From positions 83,080,001-83,144,000 of the forward strand of contig CM060731.1 of NCBI GenBank assembly GCA_030704615.1: DNA of 64,000 nucleotides, read 5' to 3'. The position numbers and the translations under genes were made by a program. Shown here piece by piece: positions 27,512 through 38,575 of the stretch. Numbering within the stretch: position 1 is the stretch's first letter; every line of letters begins with the position of its first letter. This stretch comes from Takakia lepidozioides (Eukaryota > Plantae > Bryophyta). The notes under the pieces are model-generated. The model saw only the letters and a list, made by a program, of their open reading frames with translations. It had not been told where the DNA came from and made no database searches.

Positions 27512-28184
27512 CTCGAGAGAGATATCTCTTACCTGTGAGTGTAAGGTAGGAGTTGAGGGTTAGCACTTGCAAGATTACCTGTGTGTAAGTAGTGCTTAGT
27601 TTGAGAAGCATATCATTGAATGTGACCACAAGATTCAGCGTGCCCTGAAACGCCTGGAGGATGACGATGCCGGAGCCGCCACTGTTATTGCAGTCGCTGA
27701 AGCTACCAAGTCACCAGAGGTTTTGGAGTACACAAGGAGAGACTTAAAAATGCAGCAGCAAATGCTAGTTGGCACCTATGCGTGATCCTTGAAGCTGGAT
27801 GATCGTTTCCCCACTAAGCTTATAGAGGAGCCTGCCGTTGCAATTGTTTCTTGTATCGGGGTCGGTCCTAGACCAAAATTTAGCTTCAGCTTCTTTGTCA
27901 ATCATTTGCTTCGATCATGCGAGAGCGCCATGCAGCGGGTTAAGGGGCAGGGCTATGGAGCAGAAAAGCGGCATCCTCTTCGCAATGCGCAGAGGACGGA
28001 GTTCCTTGCATATGGTTGCTATGGAGCCTTGCCAACAGCAGAACTTTGCGCTTTCCGTTCTTGGGGTTGCTGCATTGTATGCGCCCTAGGATCCGGGCTT
28101 GGAATTGTCTTCTGACCAATTCAGCAGAAACGAATGACGAACGTACTCTGGCCTGATTCCCTACAGTAAGCAGGAGATATATAG

Positions 28185-29031
28185 CTCAACGCCACCAACG
28201 AGTACACCCAAGGAGGTTGTACACCACACCAAGTGCCGTCAGAATCTTGTCGCCTGAGGATCCAGGCCAAGCAGCATACGATGGCCACCTCACGGCCAGG
28301 CTTGAAACGGCTCTTACCATACATATGAGGAACTTGTCGAAGTAGAGGAATAAACTTTCACAGACATGTCTGGCGAGATTTGAAAGAGTAGTTTTCTTGC
28401 TTTGACGTTGTCTCATGTCCTCCGGTTCATGGAGCTCATGACAACAAAAGTCGAGCGGCAACGGACGTACTGGGCGCCGAGCAGAAAGGATGGTCAGGGG
28501 GACGACTGTTCCCCTTGCCCAGCAGCTAAAGTCGTAAAGATTGAACGGGAAGTATTGTGGCAGGAAGATAATTGCTGGGGGCACGCAAGGGACATCATCC
28601 CATGACCATTCTCCCACCAGAGCTAACCAAATTTTAGTGAACACGCGGGTCGCTGGAAGTCCACCATGTTCAGAAATCCATTTGCGAGCCGCTACCATGG
28701 ATGCTTCATTAGGTTGGGATCCTGACGCTTTTAAGGCCACATAACACTCGACGGTGGTGCTAAGGTCACCTGCAGGAGCTTCATGATAAGTGTCCCAGGA
28801 TCCGTCAGTTCTTTGCAGGCTCCGAATGCAGCGCACGACTTTTTCTTTCTTTGGGTCATCTGTAACGCCCAGGAAATGCATAGCCAGAATCCACTCCGCT
28901 TCCATTGTACAGCCTGATTCGACCTAGCCCGCCCAATAGCCCTCTAGATTCTGCTTACGGAAACTCCAGTCAATTGCATTGTTGATGACCTGATCAAGCG
29001 GTGTTGCATCCATGGACTCGAATGCTCCCAT
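28185..29031 (-). pseudogene. shc: Squalene-hopene cyclase N-terminal fragment captured in the retroelement
   Basis: QNLEGYWAG*VES-GCTMEAEWILAMHFLG, QRTDGSW, GDLSTTVECYVALK, RVFTKIWLAL, WARGTVVPL, RQDSDGTWCGVQPPWVYSLVAL. One stop (~28924) and one frameshift (~28325). The DXDD catalytic half is absent. Confidence 0.85.
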
Positions 29032-29972
29032 ACACCCACTTCCCTGCAGTAAGCAGTTCACATTCACAAAAGTGCTAGAGTTTCAGCTGCAGGATGGAGA
29101 CGACGGGTTTGGGAACGGCGGAGCCAAGCTACGCTGGGGATAGACGGGCGATTCAGGAGCCAGGGCTTTCTCCCCCGTAACTGGAATGGGCCGGGGACCC
29201 GCAAGCTCCAGCACAAAGTCCAATGCTTTCCGCTGGTAATCCTCCTCAGTGAGTTTATCATTAGCCACCAAGGCCTCGAACAGACTGTGAGTGACCCCTC
29301 GCCTGTACATGGCGTCCATAAACATGTCTTTCCTCCCCCTCTCTTGGTGCGCAAGCCTGCAAGCAATCACGGAATGTTGACACCACTCTCTTTCACAGCA
29401 AGACACTATTGAGTGCCACAGTTCCCTCCCTCTCTCCCTCTCATTCTCGGTATGCAGAAGACTGGAGCAAGGTGTGTTGTCACTAGAAAGTCACTGGTAA
29501 CCGAGAGCTGTGGGGGGTGCATTTGTAAACACAACTGAAATCCTAGGAATTATCGGGCACGTGGCCAGGGAACCTAGGAAACCATATAGAACGTAGGGAA
29601 CCGGGAACCAGTTACCAGATAGTTTGGGTGTAACTTTAAATTTTTAAATTTGAAAACCTTAAAAATTAAAATAATAATAATAATAATAAAACAGAGCCTT
29701 TTGATCTAATTTAAATGATTTAAAGCCAAATTGGTCATATCTTTGTCAAATGGACTCTGTTTGACCCAGTTTTTGAGGGGATAGCCGCAGAAAGGGGAAA
29801 TCTACTTATCTAGACCTGGTTTTTGTTTAGGGTTTAGGGTTTTTGTTTTTGGGACTCTACTAAAAATCTATGGAATTTTTAGAGTGTGAGTGTGCCGTGA
29901 AAGATCCACAATTCTGTTTTTAGAACTTGTTCTAGTCTATATGAGAGACAAATCTGTGGATGTCCTCCTTGT

Positions 29973-30712
29973 ATGGCTGGGGGAAATGAGGACGTAATTG
30001 AAGGGCAGGTCTCTTCTCTTAGCCTGTGCACACAAGGGGACAGGATTTATGTTTCTCAAGGAACTCAGACTGACTTGAGTGGAGAACAGTTGGACGAGTT
30101 GATTGCATACTGGGAGTCAGGCATTAGCAGTAGACAACAGTCTGCTGTAGTTGGCGTTGAGGGCCTCAATAGCGCTTTGGACAGTCAGAACTCTGTTGGA
30201 GCCAGCAGTTCTGCAACTGTAGGTGAAATACCAAAGTGGGTGAAAGCTAGGCTTGGAACACAGCCAAAGACAGCCCCGGGGACCAAGGTGTTCAGCCTGG
30301 TGTATTGGAGTAGAGGAGCAGTAGCTACACAAGTTTGTGCAATCAGACAGCGTTGCACCCGGACACGCTTTGCACAAGGCAACCACGAGCGGGGGTTCAT
30401 TAGCGAGGACAAGTTTGTTCTGTTTGAAGGAGATGCAGTCATTCGCAATGAGGACACCCTCAACCGTCTCAAAGCTTTCGAGTTGAGAGACTATCAGACC
30501 CTACTTTGTTTTCTTTAGTGTTCAGTGAGCGGGAGATAGCAGAGTATTGCTTTGTCTCTACCTGGCAGAAAGAGGAGGAGGGTTGGTTAGAGCGAGCTAC
30601 TATAGCTTGGGACAAGGTTAGTGGCAGGTTTCTGGACATAGATATACCTCCTACACCTTACCATCATGCAGAGCGAGGCACTTTGAGAGAAGTCTGGCAG
30701 TTGATAGCATAG
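29973..30712 (+). CDS. ORF0, extra ORF of unknown function upstream of gag (frameshift ~30505)
   Basis: Conserved with 40749-~41500 in copy 2 (MAGGNEDVIEG...PKWVKARLG...ERGFISEDKFVLFEGDAV...PYHHAERGTLREVWQLIA). Confidence 0.6.
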
Positions 30713-31230
30713 ATCAGGATTAGATCTTGCTTGGTCGGGCTTCTATTCTTCCCCTCCATCTTTGTACTATTTTCATTACCTTGTACTTGTAGTTGCCAAA
30801 GCCTCTCTTGGTGGAGGCCAGTCAATCCGGGGTTTTGGGCTGGGATATTCTGCAGAATCAGCATTGCAGCTGGATTTTGGTGTGGGGGTGTTGATGTTTT
30901 GATTTCTTGTGTTTGGATCCCCCCAACACCTGCATGCTTGACTGTGCGCCATGTTGGTTTTGTGTGGGCGCTTGCTTTCATAGGGATTAGGCCGGATTTG
31001 ATCACCGGTCAATCCTAGAGTGTGCTGTCGGTGGTGAGGCTGGAGTGATGACCAGCAAGACCACCAGTGTTTCTTCTATGGTGAGGCTGGGTTGATGACC
31101 AGCCAACCATATGAGTTCTTGCGGTGGATGCAGGTGCAGGTGCCTTGAGCCATTGGGATATGACCCTTAGACTGCAACAGGTGCCCACCCGCGTCACTAT
31201 TAGATTAGTACTAGAGCCTTATAGTGTCAC

Positions 31231-32676
31231 GTGGAGGAGGTGCACATTGTGAGTGTCATCACGGAGTTACCCAAGGGTTTTGAGGGGAGTACGGCTACAG
31301 GCAGTAAGAGTGAGAGTGGGTTCACAAGACGAGGTATTCGGTTCAGACCACCTTCACCGCCACCCTCAACTACTATAGAGTCAGACACAGACTCGGAGGC
31401 TTCATCAACATGTGTGCAGTTTCATTCGCCATTGTTGTGGGACGACATGGAGGAGATGTATGGAGCTACCAAGGGGCCTCGTAGGTACTCTGGAGCTGTG
31501 GGCACAATCGAGTTGGATGACTTTATCCAGGAGTTCGACAGCTGGTGTGATTTGCAGCAGATGCGCAATCCACAGCTATTCACCCCATTCATGGCGTGGA
31601 AGGGACTGTTCCAGCATTTGGAAGGCCCGCCTATGGACGATTACCACGAGTTCAGACAAGGACATGAAGCAGAGATTGAGGAGTGGAGGATGTATTGGTC
31701 ACCTGACTACGTCTCCATTACTCGAGGCACGACGCGACCAGTAGCTACATCAGTACCAATATCTCCCACTGCCAGCACTAGTAGTGGAGCAAGTAGTGCT
31801 GGTACTTCTGCAGGTGGTACCAGTTCAAAAGGTGCTACTACTCCTCCTGCCACGACTACAACACATGTGCCTAGATTCAACCCGGTGGTGGAGTTCTTCC
31901 AGGAGTTGCGGAGGAACTACCAAGGTGTACGGACAGAGAATCTGCGAAGTTTGCAAGACTTCCAGCGCAAACCCAGTGAGAGCCTGCGAGAGGCGTACAC
32001 TCGTATGAGGCGCTTGATAAGTGTGACCCAAGGGGTTAGTGAAGCTCACGCAATCCAGTTTTGGTATGGAATTCTCGACAAGGAGCTCAAGAGAAGGGTG
32101 CGAGATGCAACCTTGTTACAAGCAGCCCAACCCACATTAGCAGATGTGTTTCTGCTGGCTGAGCGGATTGAGCTGAACATGGTGGAGGAGCAAATTGTTA
32201 CCATTGGATTTGGCAAGACCATGCCTACACGAGACGCATCTCCCAACCCACAGGCACAAGGGACTGCCCAACAGCGTGGTCAGGGGGGCAAGGTTTCCCA
32301 ACCCAAGTTCCATGGAGCTTACAGGGGACCTCAGGTGCAGAGGCCCGTGGCATCTTTTGCAGGCCAACAGCAACCAGGGGTGATATGTTGGACATGTGGA
32401 GGACCCCATATCAAGAGAGATTGCCCCGAGAGTGGCAGAAGGCCGGCACAAGCACAACCTACACAGTTGCAGTGTGGGCATTGTGGCAAGTATGGGCATA
32501 GAGATGCCCAGTGTTATGACTTGCATCCTGAGTTGCGCCCAAGCCAGTTCCAAGGGAACAATGGTGGCCAGGGGCGAGGTGGACCAGCCCAGAGAGGACG
32601 AGGTGGTCGGGCACAAGGTGCAGGCCAAGGGCAAGCTCAACATGGCCAAGGACGCGGTAGTCAGGGTGTTGACTAA
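31231..32676 (+). CDS. gag: Gag with two Zn knuckles
   Basis: Retrotransposon gag-like core (FQRKPSESLREAYTRMRRL), knuckles CWTCGGPHIKRDC and CGHCGKYGHRDAQC, and an RGG-rich tail. The terminal TAA is CAA in copy 2. Confidence 0.85.
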   Translation: MEEVHIVSVITELPKGFEGSTATGSKSESGFTRRGIRFRPPSPPPSTTIESDTDSEASSTCVQFHSPLLWDDMEEMYGATKGPRRYSGAVGTIELDDFIQEFDSWCDLQQMRNPQLFTPFMAWKGLFQHLEGPPMDDYHEFRQGHEAEIEEWRMYWSPDYVSITRGTTRPVATSVPISPTASTSSGASSAGTSAGGTSSKGATTPPATTTTHVPRFNPVVEFFQELRRNYQGVRTENLRSLQDFQRKPSESLREAYTRMRRLISVTQGVSEAHAIQFWYGILDKELKRRVRDATLLQAAQPTLADVFLLAERIELNMVEEQIVTIGFGKTMPTRDASPNPQAQGTAQQRGQGGKVSQPKFHGAYRGPQVQRPVASFAGQQQPGVICWTCGGPHIKRDCPESGRRPAQAQPTQLQCGHCGKYGHRDAQCYDLHPELRPSQFQGNNGGQGRGGPAQRGRGGRAQGAGQGQAQHGQGRGSQGVD

Positions 32677-32679
32677 GGC

Positions 32680-34017
32680 ATGGCCAACCGGCTTCAGCAG
32701 CTAGAGCAGAGGCTTGCTGCAATGGCTATAGCTCAGGCGGTACCGGCTCCCAGGCGGGATGGTCCACCTCCTGCTCCTGAGGGAGGAGATATGGGATGCA
32801 TGGGATTCATGTGCGGAGCAGCACTACCACTAGAGCAGGTGGAGTCTGCTGCAGCCGTGACTCAAGGAGCAGCACGAGTTCCTGAGCCACGAGGTGCAGA
32901 GGTGGAATTGGATCCACAGCGTGGGGAGGCAAGCCGTCAGGCAAGGCTTCCTCAGTCATTCACATTGGCGGAGACTGTGTCAACGCCATCCATGGCACCT
33001 ACTTCTCGCCCGACTGTTACCGAGGCGGAGGTTACTATGCCATTGGGGAGAGCTACACGTGCAGCACTGACACCTGCTACCAAGGCTAGTGCAGCCGGTG
33101 TGTTATTGGGGGCAGCCACCTCTGTGTGTCAAGCCCCACTGTTCTCGGCAACCATGATTGCGACGCCGGGGGTAAGGCCAGCTGCAGTGTTCAGACTAGC
33201 AGCAACACTCTGTGAGAGTGGGGAGGTCATTTCATCTTCTGCGGAGTTACTGGAAGGTGTAGTGGCAGAGGGATCCTCAGATTTGAGGGTCAAGACTGCC
33301 ACGGCTGCGCCATGGCAAGCTGCAGCTGCCAGGTTGACGGAACTGCCAGCTAGGCCAGCCTTTGAGCGCGCCATGGTGACACCTAGAGTTGTCTTGTTAG
33401 ACAACCAGGATGACATTTTCTCTTTGAGTGGACCGGCAGGCAAGAAGTACCGGCCACTGCGGGTCTTGTTGGACTCGGGAGCTCAGCCACTGATGTTGGG
33501 CAGAGCTGCTATTGCAGGTTTGGGCCTCATGGAGGCGGATATGGAGCCTTGTCTTTTCCAGATACAGACATCTTTGGGAGGATCAGAGCAGGCTCGGGGC
33601 ATGACACGGCGTGAGTCAGCCATTGGACTACAAGCAGATCATCCTGTAGATGGCTCAGTGATGCGAGCCAAGGCCATTGTGACAGACGCGGTCTCTTACG
33701 ATGTCCTCGTTGGTGGGGCAGTGTTATATCCCATGGGCTTCACCTTGGACTTTTGGGAGGAGTCAGCATCCTACAGGCCTGGATGGCAGTCAGGGGATGG
33801 TCATCGTGCACAGCTCCCTGTGACATTCATTGGGGGTATTGCGGCTGCCCAACGGGGCAAGATGCCAACACTAGCCGCCTTTACAGCTGCAGTTAGTTGG
33901 CCTGGAGAGTTGCTGGAGGGCAATGCCCATGCAGAGGATGTGCCACCTCTAGCAGAGCAGGATGACATGCATGGTATGGCGGAGTTGCCTGCCATGGTTG
34001 CTCACACTCCATTGTGA
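32680..34017 (+). CDS. pol: Pol N-terminal part with aspartic protease
   Basis: RVLLDSGAQPLML ... YDVLVG motifs. In frame with gag and with the downstream MTase. The TGA at 34015 is TGG in copy 2. Confidence 0.8.
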   Translation: MANRLQQLEQRLAAMAIAQAVPAPRRDGPPPAPEGGDMGCMGFMCGAALPLEQVESAAAVTQGAARVPEPRGAEVELDPQRGEASRQARLPQSFTLAETVSTPSMAPTSRPTVTEAEVTMPLGRATRAALTPATKASAAGVLLGAATSVCQAPLFSATMIATPGVRPAAVFRLAATLCESGEVISSSAELLEGVVAEGSSDLRVKTATAAPWQAAAARLTELPARPAFERAMVTPRVVLLDNQDDIFSLSGPAGKKYRPLRVLLDSGAQPLMLGRAAIAGLGLMEADMEPCLFQIQTSLGGSEQARGMTRRESAIGLQADHPVDGSVMRAKAIVTDAVSYDVLVGGAVLYPMGFTLDFWEESASYRPGWQSGDGHRAQLPVTFIGGIAAAQRGKMPTLAAFTAAVSWPGELLEGNAHAEDVPPLAEQDDMHGMAELPAMVAHTPL

Positions 34018-34185
34018 GGTACGAGCAAGGATTTGCAGCAGGCTGCTGATGGACGGGTGCAACAAGCTTGGGTAGAAGCTTTCGTACCGTCAAGAGAGGA
34101 GGAGAGTGCGGTGATTGCACCAGGACCACCCCAGTTGTCGCCATTGGACACCGCACCTCTTGTGTGGCAGTGCCCGGATGAAGGC

Positions 34186-34980
34186 ATATGCCTTCTGGAC
34201 TTGTTTGGCGGGATCAGCACTGGATTGGCTGCAGTGCTGCAAGCAGGTGTACGAGTTCGATGTTACTTGTATGTGGAGAGGGATGAGACTGCACGACGCG
34301 TCTCACTGCGCCATGTTGCTCAGTTGGTACAGCAGTACCCTGTTTTGTTGCCAGTGTCTGCAGTTCGTGGATACCAACAAGCCTTGCCAGCAAACATTTC
34401 GTTGTTGGGGGCGCAGGATTTGGAGCAGGTTGGCTCCATTGATCTGGTAGTGGCAGGTTGGCCCTGCCAAGGGCATTCATCAGCCGGGCATGGCAATGGA
34501 TTGCGAGACTCGAGGACGGGTCTGTTTTGGGAGATGATGCGGGTTTTGCGCCACTTGCAGCTTCATCAAGCTGTATCTCCAGCATACATCTTGGAGAATG
34601 TGCCACTGATGGGTGATTCTCGGGCCAGGGTGATGGCCAGTGTGCATCAAGTCCAATCATGGCTTGGGTCAGCAGTGTTGCTGGATGCAGCTGCAGTTGG
34701 GTCACGGGCTCATCGTCCACGGCTTTGGTGGACTAACTTGATGCCACCCGCACTGCTCAAGCGTGCATTTGATGGGGTGCACTCACCGTGGATGGCATTT
34801 TGGACACACGGAGGCAGTCTCAACGTGTGAGACACGATGACCGTTCGCCTTTGGCAGTGGTCAACAGGGTGGGTCAACCACAAGCAGCATTACCTACACT
34901 GCTCAGCTTCCCAGGATCCCATGCTTTTCGGGATGGTGGACCTGGCCTCTTGTGGGATAGCCAGTTGCAACAGTTAGTGG
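34186..34980 (+). CDS. C5 cytosine DNA methyltransferase domain (DNMT3/DRM-like) within pol, copy 1
   Basis: Motif I LLDLFGGISTG, II YVERD, IV DLVVAGWPCQGHS (PCQ at 34462), VI YILENV, VIII AHRPRLWWTN. Confidence 0.92.
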
Positions 34981-34984
34981 CTAT

Positions 34985-37785
34985 TGCAGCGGGATAGAAC
35001 ACATGGGTAGCATCAACTATGCAATATGGTATGTGGATGACCATGATTTGAAATGTGTAATTCACATCAATTCGTCGGCGGTGCAATGATATGGCCTCCA
35101 ACTATACTGAGTGAGCTCTGAGTGACAACTTTTAAAAGCACATTTGTCATTGCACCGTTCAAAGTCTACATGTCTTGCTGTCGCTATGCACTACAATCAT
35201 CTTTTGAAGATGATCCTAACTCTCATTGTTATTTGAGGAGGGAGGAAGAATTTCCAGTGGCAGCCTCTATGGCGCACACTTTGTGAGGATATTTTCTCAT
35301 CCTCGTAATTGTAAAAGTGAAACAAGCATTTGTAATTGCACAATGTTGGATGCTACAATTGTAGGCCTCATGGTACTCTTGATTCTATTTAGGCAAGATT
35401 CCCTGCATTAATTCCACGGTCATAGGACCATCCTCGGTTATAGGCGGCGCATGTTAATGCTGACGTGGCAGATGACGGACAGTGCCACGTCATCATTTGT
35501 CGCCACATCAGCATGCTGACATGACACTCACGCCACGTCAGCGTGAGTGCAGGCTCACGCCACGTCACTCCTGCGTGAGCGTACGCTCGTGCGCTCATGC
35601 GCAACGCTCACGCGCAACGCTCACGCCATTGCGTCGTTGGGTACTATCACAATGGGCAATAACCATTGTGGTGACTCTACTGGGTATATGAATCCTGCAT
35701 CCAGTATTTCTTCCCAAACTGTAGCTGCATAGTTGGGGTTCATTCTGTAACGGTTCTGACGAATTCGTTTTTTGTCAACTTCCAATTCAATTCGGTGCTG
35801 ACAGATGTTAGAAGTTACACCCTTCAAATCCTTGTAGTTCCACGCAAATACATCCTTGTATTCAGTGAATAATGCGGTGGCTTCTTGTAGAAATGATTCT
35901 TCAAGACCTAAACTTACTCGTATTATCTGTGGTTCTTCCACTGTTCCCAGATTCACTTGAATCAATTGAGTTTCTTCCGTTACTGTCCATCCTGCAATCT
36001 CTTGTCCGATGGTTGCAATTGTGGCAGGTACTTCACTGATTTGAATGTCTTCTTCCCTTTCTTGATAGAACCGGGCCGGGTGTTGAGGTGTGTCCATCGC
36101 TTCTTCCTCTGGATCTTCATTTCTCGAAGTATTTGGTTCTCCTTGGGTGTTCACCATGTGACATCCTACTGTTGTGGTATGCTTGACCACCAGTTGTCCA
36201 ATAGGTTCCAGCTGTGGATGTGCTGCGTATAATGTGGCTTCTTCTTCATCCGACAGTCCACTGGACCAATCATATTCTTCCACTATGCAAGGTCGTTTCT
36301 CTCGTGGAATGGTACCTCGTTGCTTCGTCGTGATGGTGACTTGTTCTGCTCCCTTTTTTATTGTGAGAGTCTGACTTCCCCAATTGTGGTGTGATTGGGC
36401 TTGTGTTAACCATGGTCGACCAAGTAGTAGTGAATATCCCTCTGCCACATCCTCCATTCTTAGAATGGTTACTGATATTTCGTATACCAGTCCTGCTACT
36501 TCCATTGCAAGTCGTCTGATGATCCCCAATGGCTGCACTTTTCGTTGATCAGCCATTCGTACCGTGAATGGAGCAGGTTCCATGTGCCCCAATCCTAATG
36601 ACTTCTTCATCTTTTCTGTCATGATATTCACTCCTGATCCTCCATCGATGAGTACATTCGTTACCATCTTCCGTCCAATACGTACTTGTATTACGGGTAC
36701 TGCTTCGTCGTAATCTGGAGTTTGTCGTATAGTTGTGGGTTTAATCGTGTAAACCTCTGGTGTTGGTTTTTGTTTTGGTGTGGGGGTCAATGCCTCGATT
36801 GCCCGAAATAAAGTTTTCTTGCAGTGTGGAGCAATTTTTAATAATTGTCCAATGGTAATTTGGGTCTTGGTCTGGCAGATTACTTCGGCCAATTCTCTTT
36901 CCGTGGTTGTATTCATGGTCTTCACCGTTGGTCTGATTTGCTTATCTGGAGTTGGCTCTCCAGAAGGTATATGGGTTCCCTCTTGCATTTGAGCTATGGC
37001 TTTACTTACTTCCTGGTGTAAGCTCTTTTCCTCCTGCCATGCTGCACTTTCTGGATCTTGTTTCCGTTCTTCTTCAATCTCCTTATCTGGAGGTTTCTGT
37101 TTCTTGGCCTGAGTTCGGGTTACCGCAAGGGTATCCACTATAGGGGTTACCACACTTACGGCTACACTTGGTCTGGCTTCCATATTTCCCACTTCTGCCT
37201 CATGCTTGATTCGCAACTGGCATTCATGTTTCCAATGTCCATCTTTCTTGCAATAGTGGCATCTCGTGCTTTCTTTGTTTCTGGGTTGATGTTCCCTATC
37301 CCTTGACATGAAGCGCAAAACAATGTTTGATTCTGGCTTGTGTGCCACATATTGGCAAGACTCCGTGTGGGGCAAGGGAGATACACGACCTGCTATGAGC
37401 AAACTTGAGTACATTGGAGAGCTTGAGAGCATACTCCAACTTCAGTTCCGGCCACATCTTGTGGGGCCCTCCGCAACACTAGTACAAGATGATTATGGTT
37501 TCATGCGCATCAATGCAGATAGGCTCATTCCTACTCATCGTCCCTCCGATGAGTCTTTTTCACGGCCTTCAGACATGGAACAAGTTTTCTTCTCCGATGA
37601 CAAAACAAGAGGGGGAAATTGGAAGGTGGTTGTGCATGCTCAGCCAAGAGGAAGACGTATCTATCATGGTCTCGGATCTCCATGGGGTGAGGCAATTGCG
37701 GTGGGGGAGAGACTGGTCATAATGATGCTGATGACGGAGGTTGGGTAGAGGGGGTAGAAGAGGATGATGACGCCCCGAAGAATGT
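34985..37785 (+). mobile_element. CACTA internal fragment (host of the Gypsy remnant and of DNMT element copy 2)
   Basis: 37308-37748 is DUF4216-like (FDSGL, YIGELESIL, QDDYGF, EQVFFSDD, WKVVV). Sequence resumes at ~50284 with GCGACG subterminal repeats. Confidence 0.6.
35452..37300 (-). mobile_element. Internally deleted Gypsy (non-chromovirus-like) remnant: Zn knuckle, protease, RT start, LTR end
   Basis: ORF 35621-37432 contains CHYCKKDGHWKHEC, VLIDGGSGVNIM, LLLGRPWL and YKDVFAWNYKDLKG. 35452-35630 is an LTR-like end with repeated CCACGTCA motifs. Confidence 0.8.
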
Positions 37786-38139
37786 TGTCAAGTTAAATAA
37801 GCACAGTGTGAAAACAGCTAGAATAAAACTAGTTATTTGTATTTAACACTTGGATTTAGGTCAAGTGTTAAATCAGGTGTCAAGTTTAGTTTGACACCTG
37901 GTCCGTCTTATCTTCACGAGAGCGGCAGTCGCGCAGCTCATCTCTCTCGAGTTGAGCCTGCGCGACCGAGCTCCTTCATGCGTTTAGATCTGAGTGTGCT
38001 TATGATGGGAGTGTAGGTTGTGGGGTGGAGTCCCCATAGCGTGGGGTGCCCCTGGCTCGACTTCTATTTTAAAGAGTGATAGCGATGGATTTCATATTTC
38101 TTGTGTTGAGAGTGTGTGTCCTTTTTAGCTTGTTTATCA
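37786..38139 (+). repeat. Terminal repeat A1
   Basis: Direct repeat of 49836-50195, differing only by a few small indels. Confidence 0.95.
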
Positions 38140-38155
38140 CTCGAGAGAGATGAGC
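38139..38155 (+). promoter_or_regulatory. Self-complementary primer-binding site
   Basis: actcgagagagatgagc is the exact reverse complement of gctcatctctctcgagt at 37936-37952 inside A1. Confidence 0.8.
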
Positions 38156-38446
38156 GTTATCTAGTGTGCTGGTGCTAAGCTAGATACAATGTTTGTTTTA
38201 GCATTATTATAATATATATCTTGGGGCGGGAGTCCATCTGGCCCTGCTGTTTCTATGGGTTGTGCGCGCAGATTTAGTTGTCGTCTCTGCTCGTGAGTTT
38301 GAAAACCAAGAGGTGTGGAGGTTGAAGACTTTGATAGTTGGCTTCCCTACTCTCTTTCACTAGGACGGAGGGAGACGAGACTCGTGTAAACTTTTGGATT
38401 CGGACCCAAAACAGTCGGGAGTGGCTGGATCACGAAGTGCAAACAG

Positions 38447-38575
38447 TTTGGGGTGGCGTCATCCCTGGTTGTGGTGGCTTCCTCTGGTGGAGGTGCTGCT
38501 GCTGCACCTGCCGGAGAAAAGGAGGAAGCGAAGGAGGAGTCTGATGATGACATGGGTTTCAGTCTTTTCGACTAA
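38447..38575 (+). pseudogene. Captured C-terminal fragment of 60S acidic ribosomal protein P1/P2
   Basis: Translates ...ASSGGGAAAAPAGEKEEAKEESDDDMGFSLFD*, the conserved P-protein C-terminus. Confidence 0.88.

Larger units (their letters stand above)
27155..34980 (+). mobile_element. DNMT-carrying Gypsy-type retroelement, copy 1 (3'-truncated inside the methyltransferase)
   Basis: Repeat A at 27155-27511, cargo, ORF0, gag with two Zn knuckles, DSG protease and a C5-MTase. Collinear with 37786-45810 except in the cargo slot. Confidence 0.9.

Noticed and set aside
28186-28905. Functional hopanoid synthase gene or bacterial contig
   Set aside because: In-frame stop, frameshift, missing catalytic half, and embedded within a plant retroelement.
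34033-34830. Host DRM/DNMT3 gene or bacterial restriction-modification methylase (contamination)
   Set aside because: Intronless, in frame with the retroviral-type protease, and present at the same position in both element copies.
35621-37432. Single intact 603-aa gene
   Set aside because: Chimeric frame: it starts in antisense CACTA sequence, runs through a Gypsy gag-PR-RT remnant and ends in LTR-like sequence.
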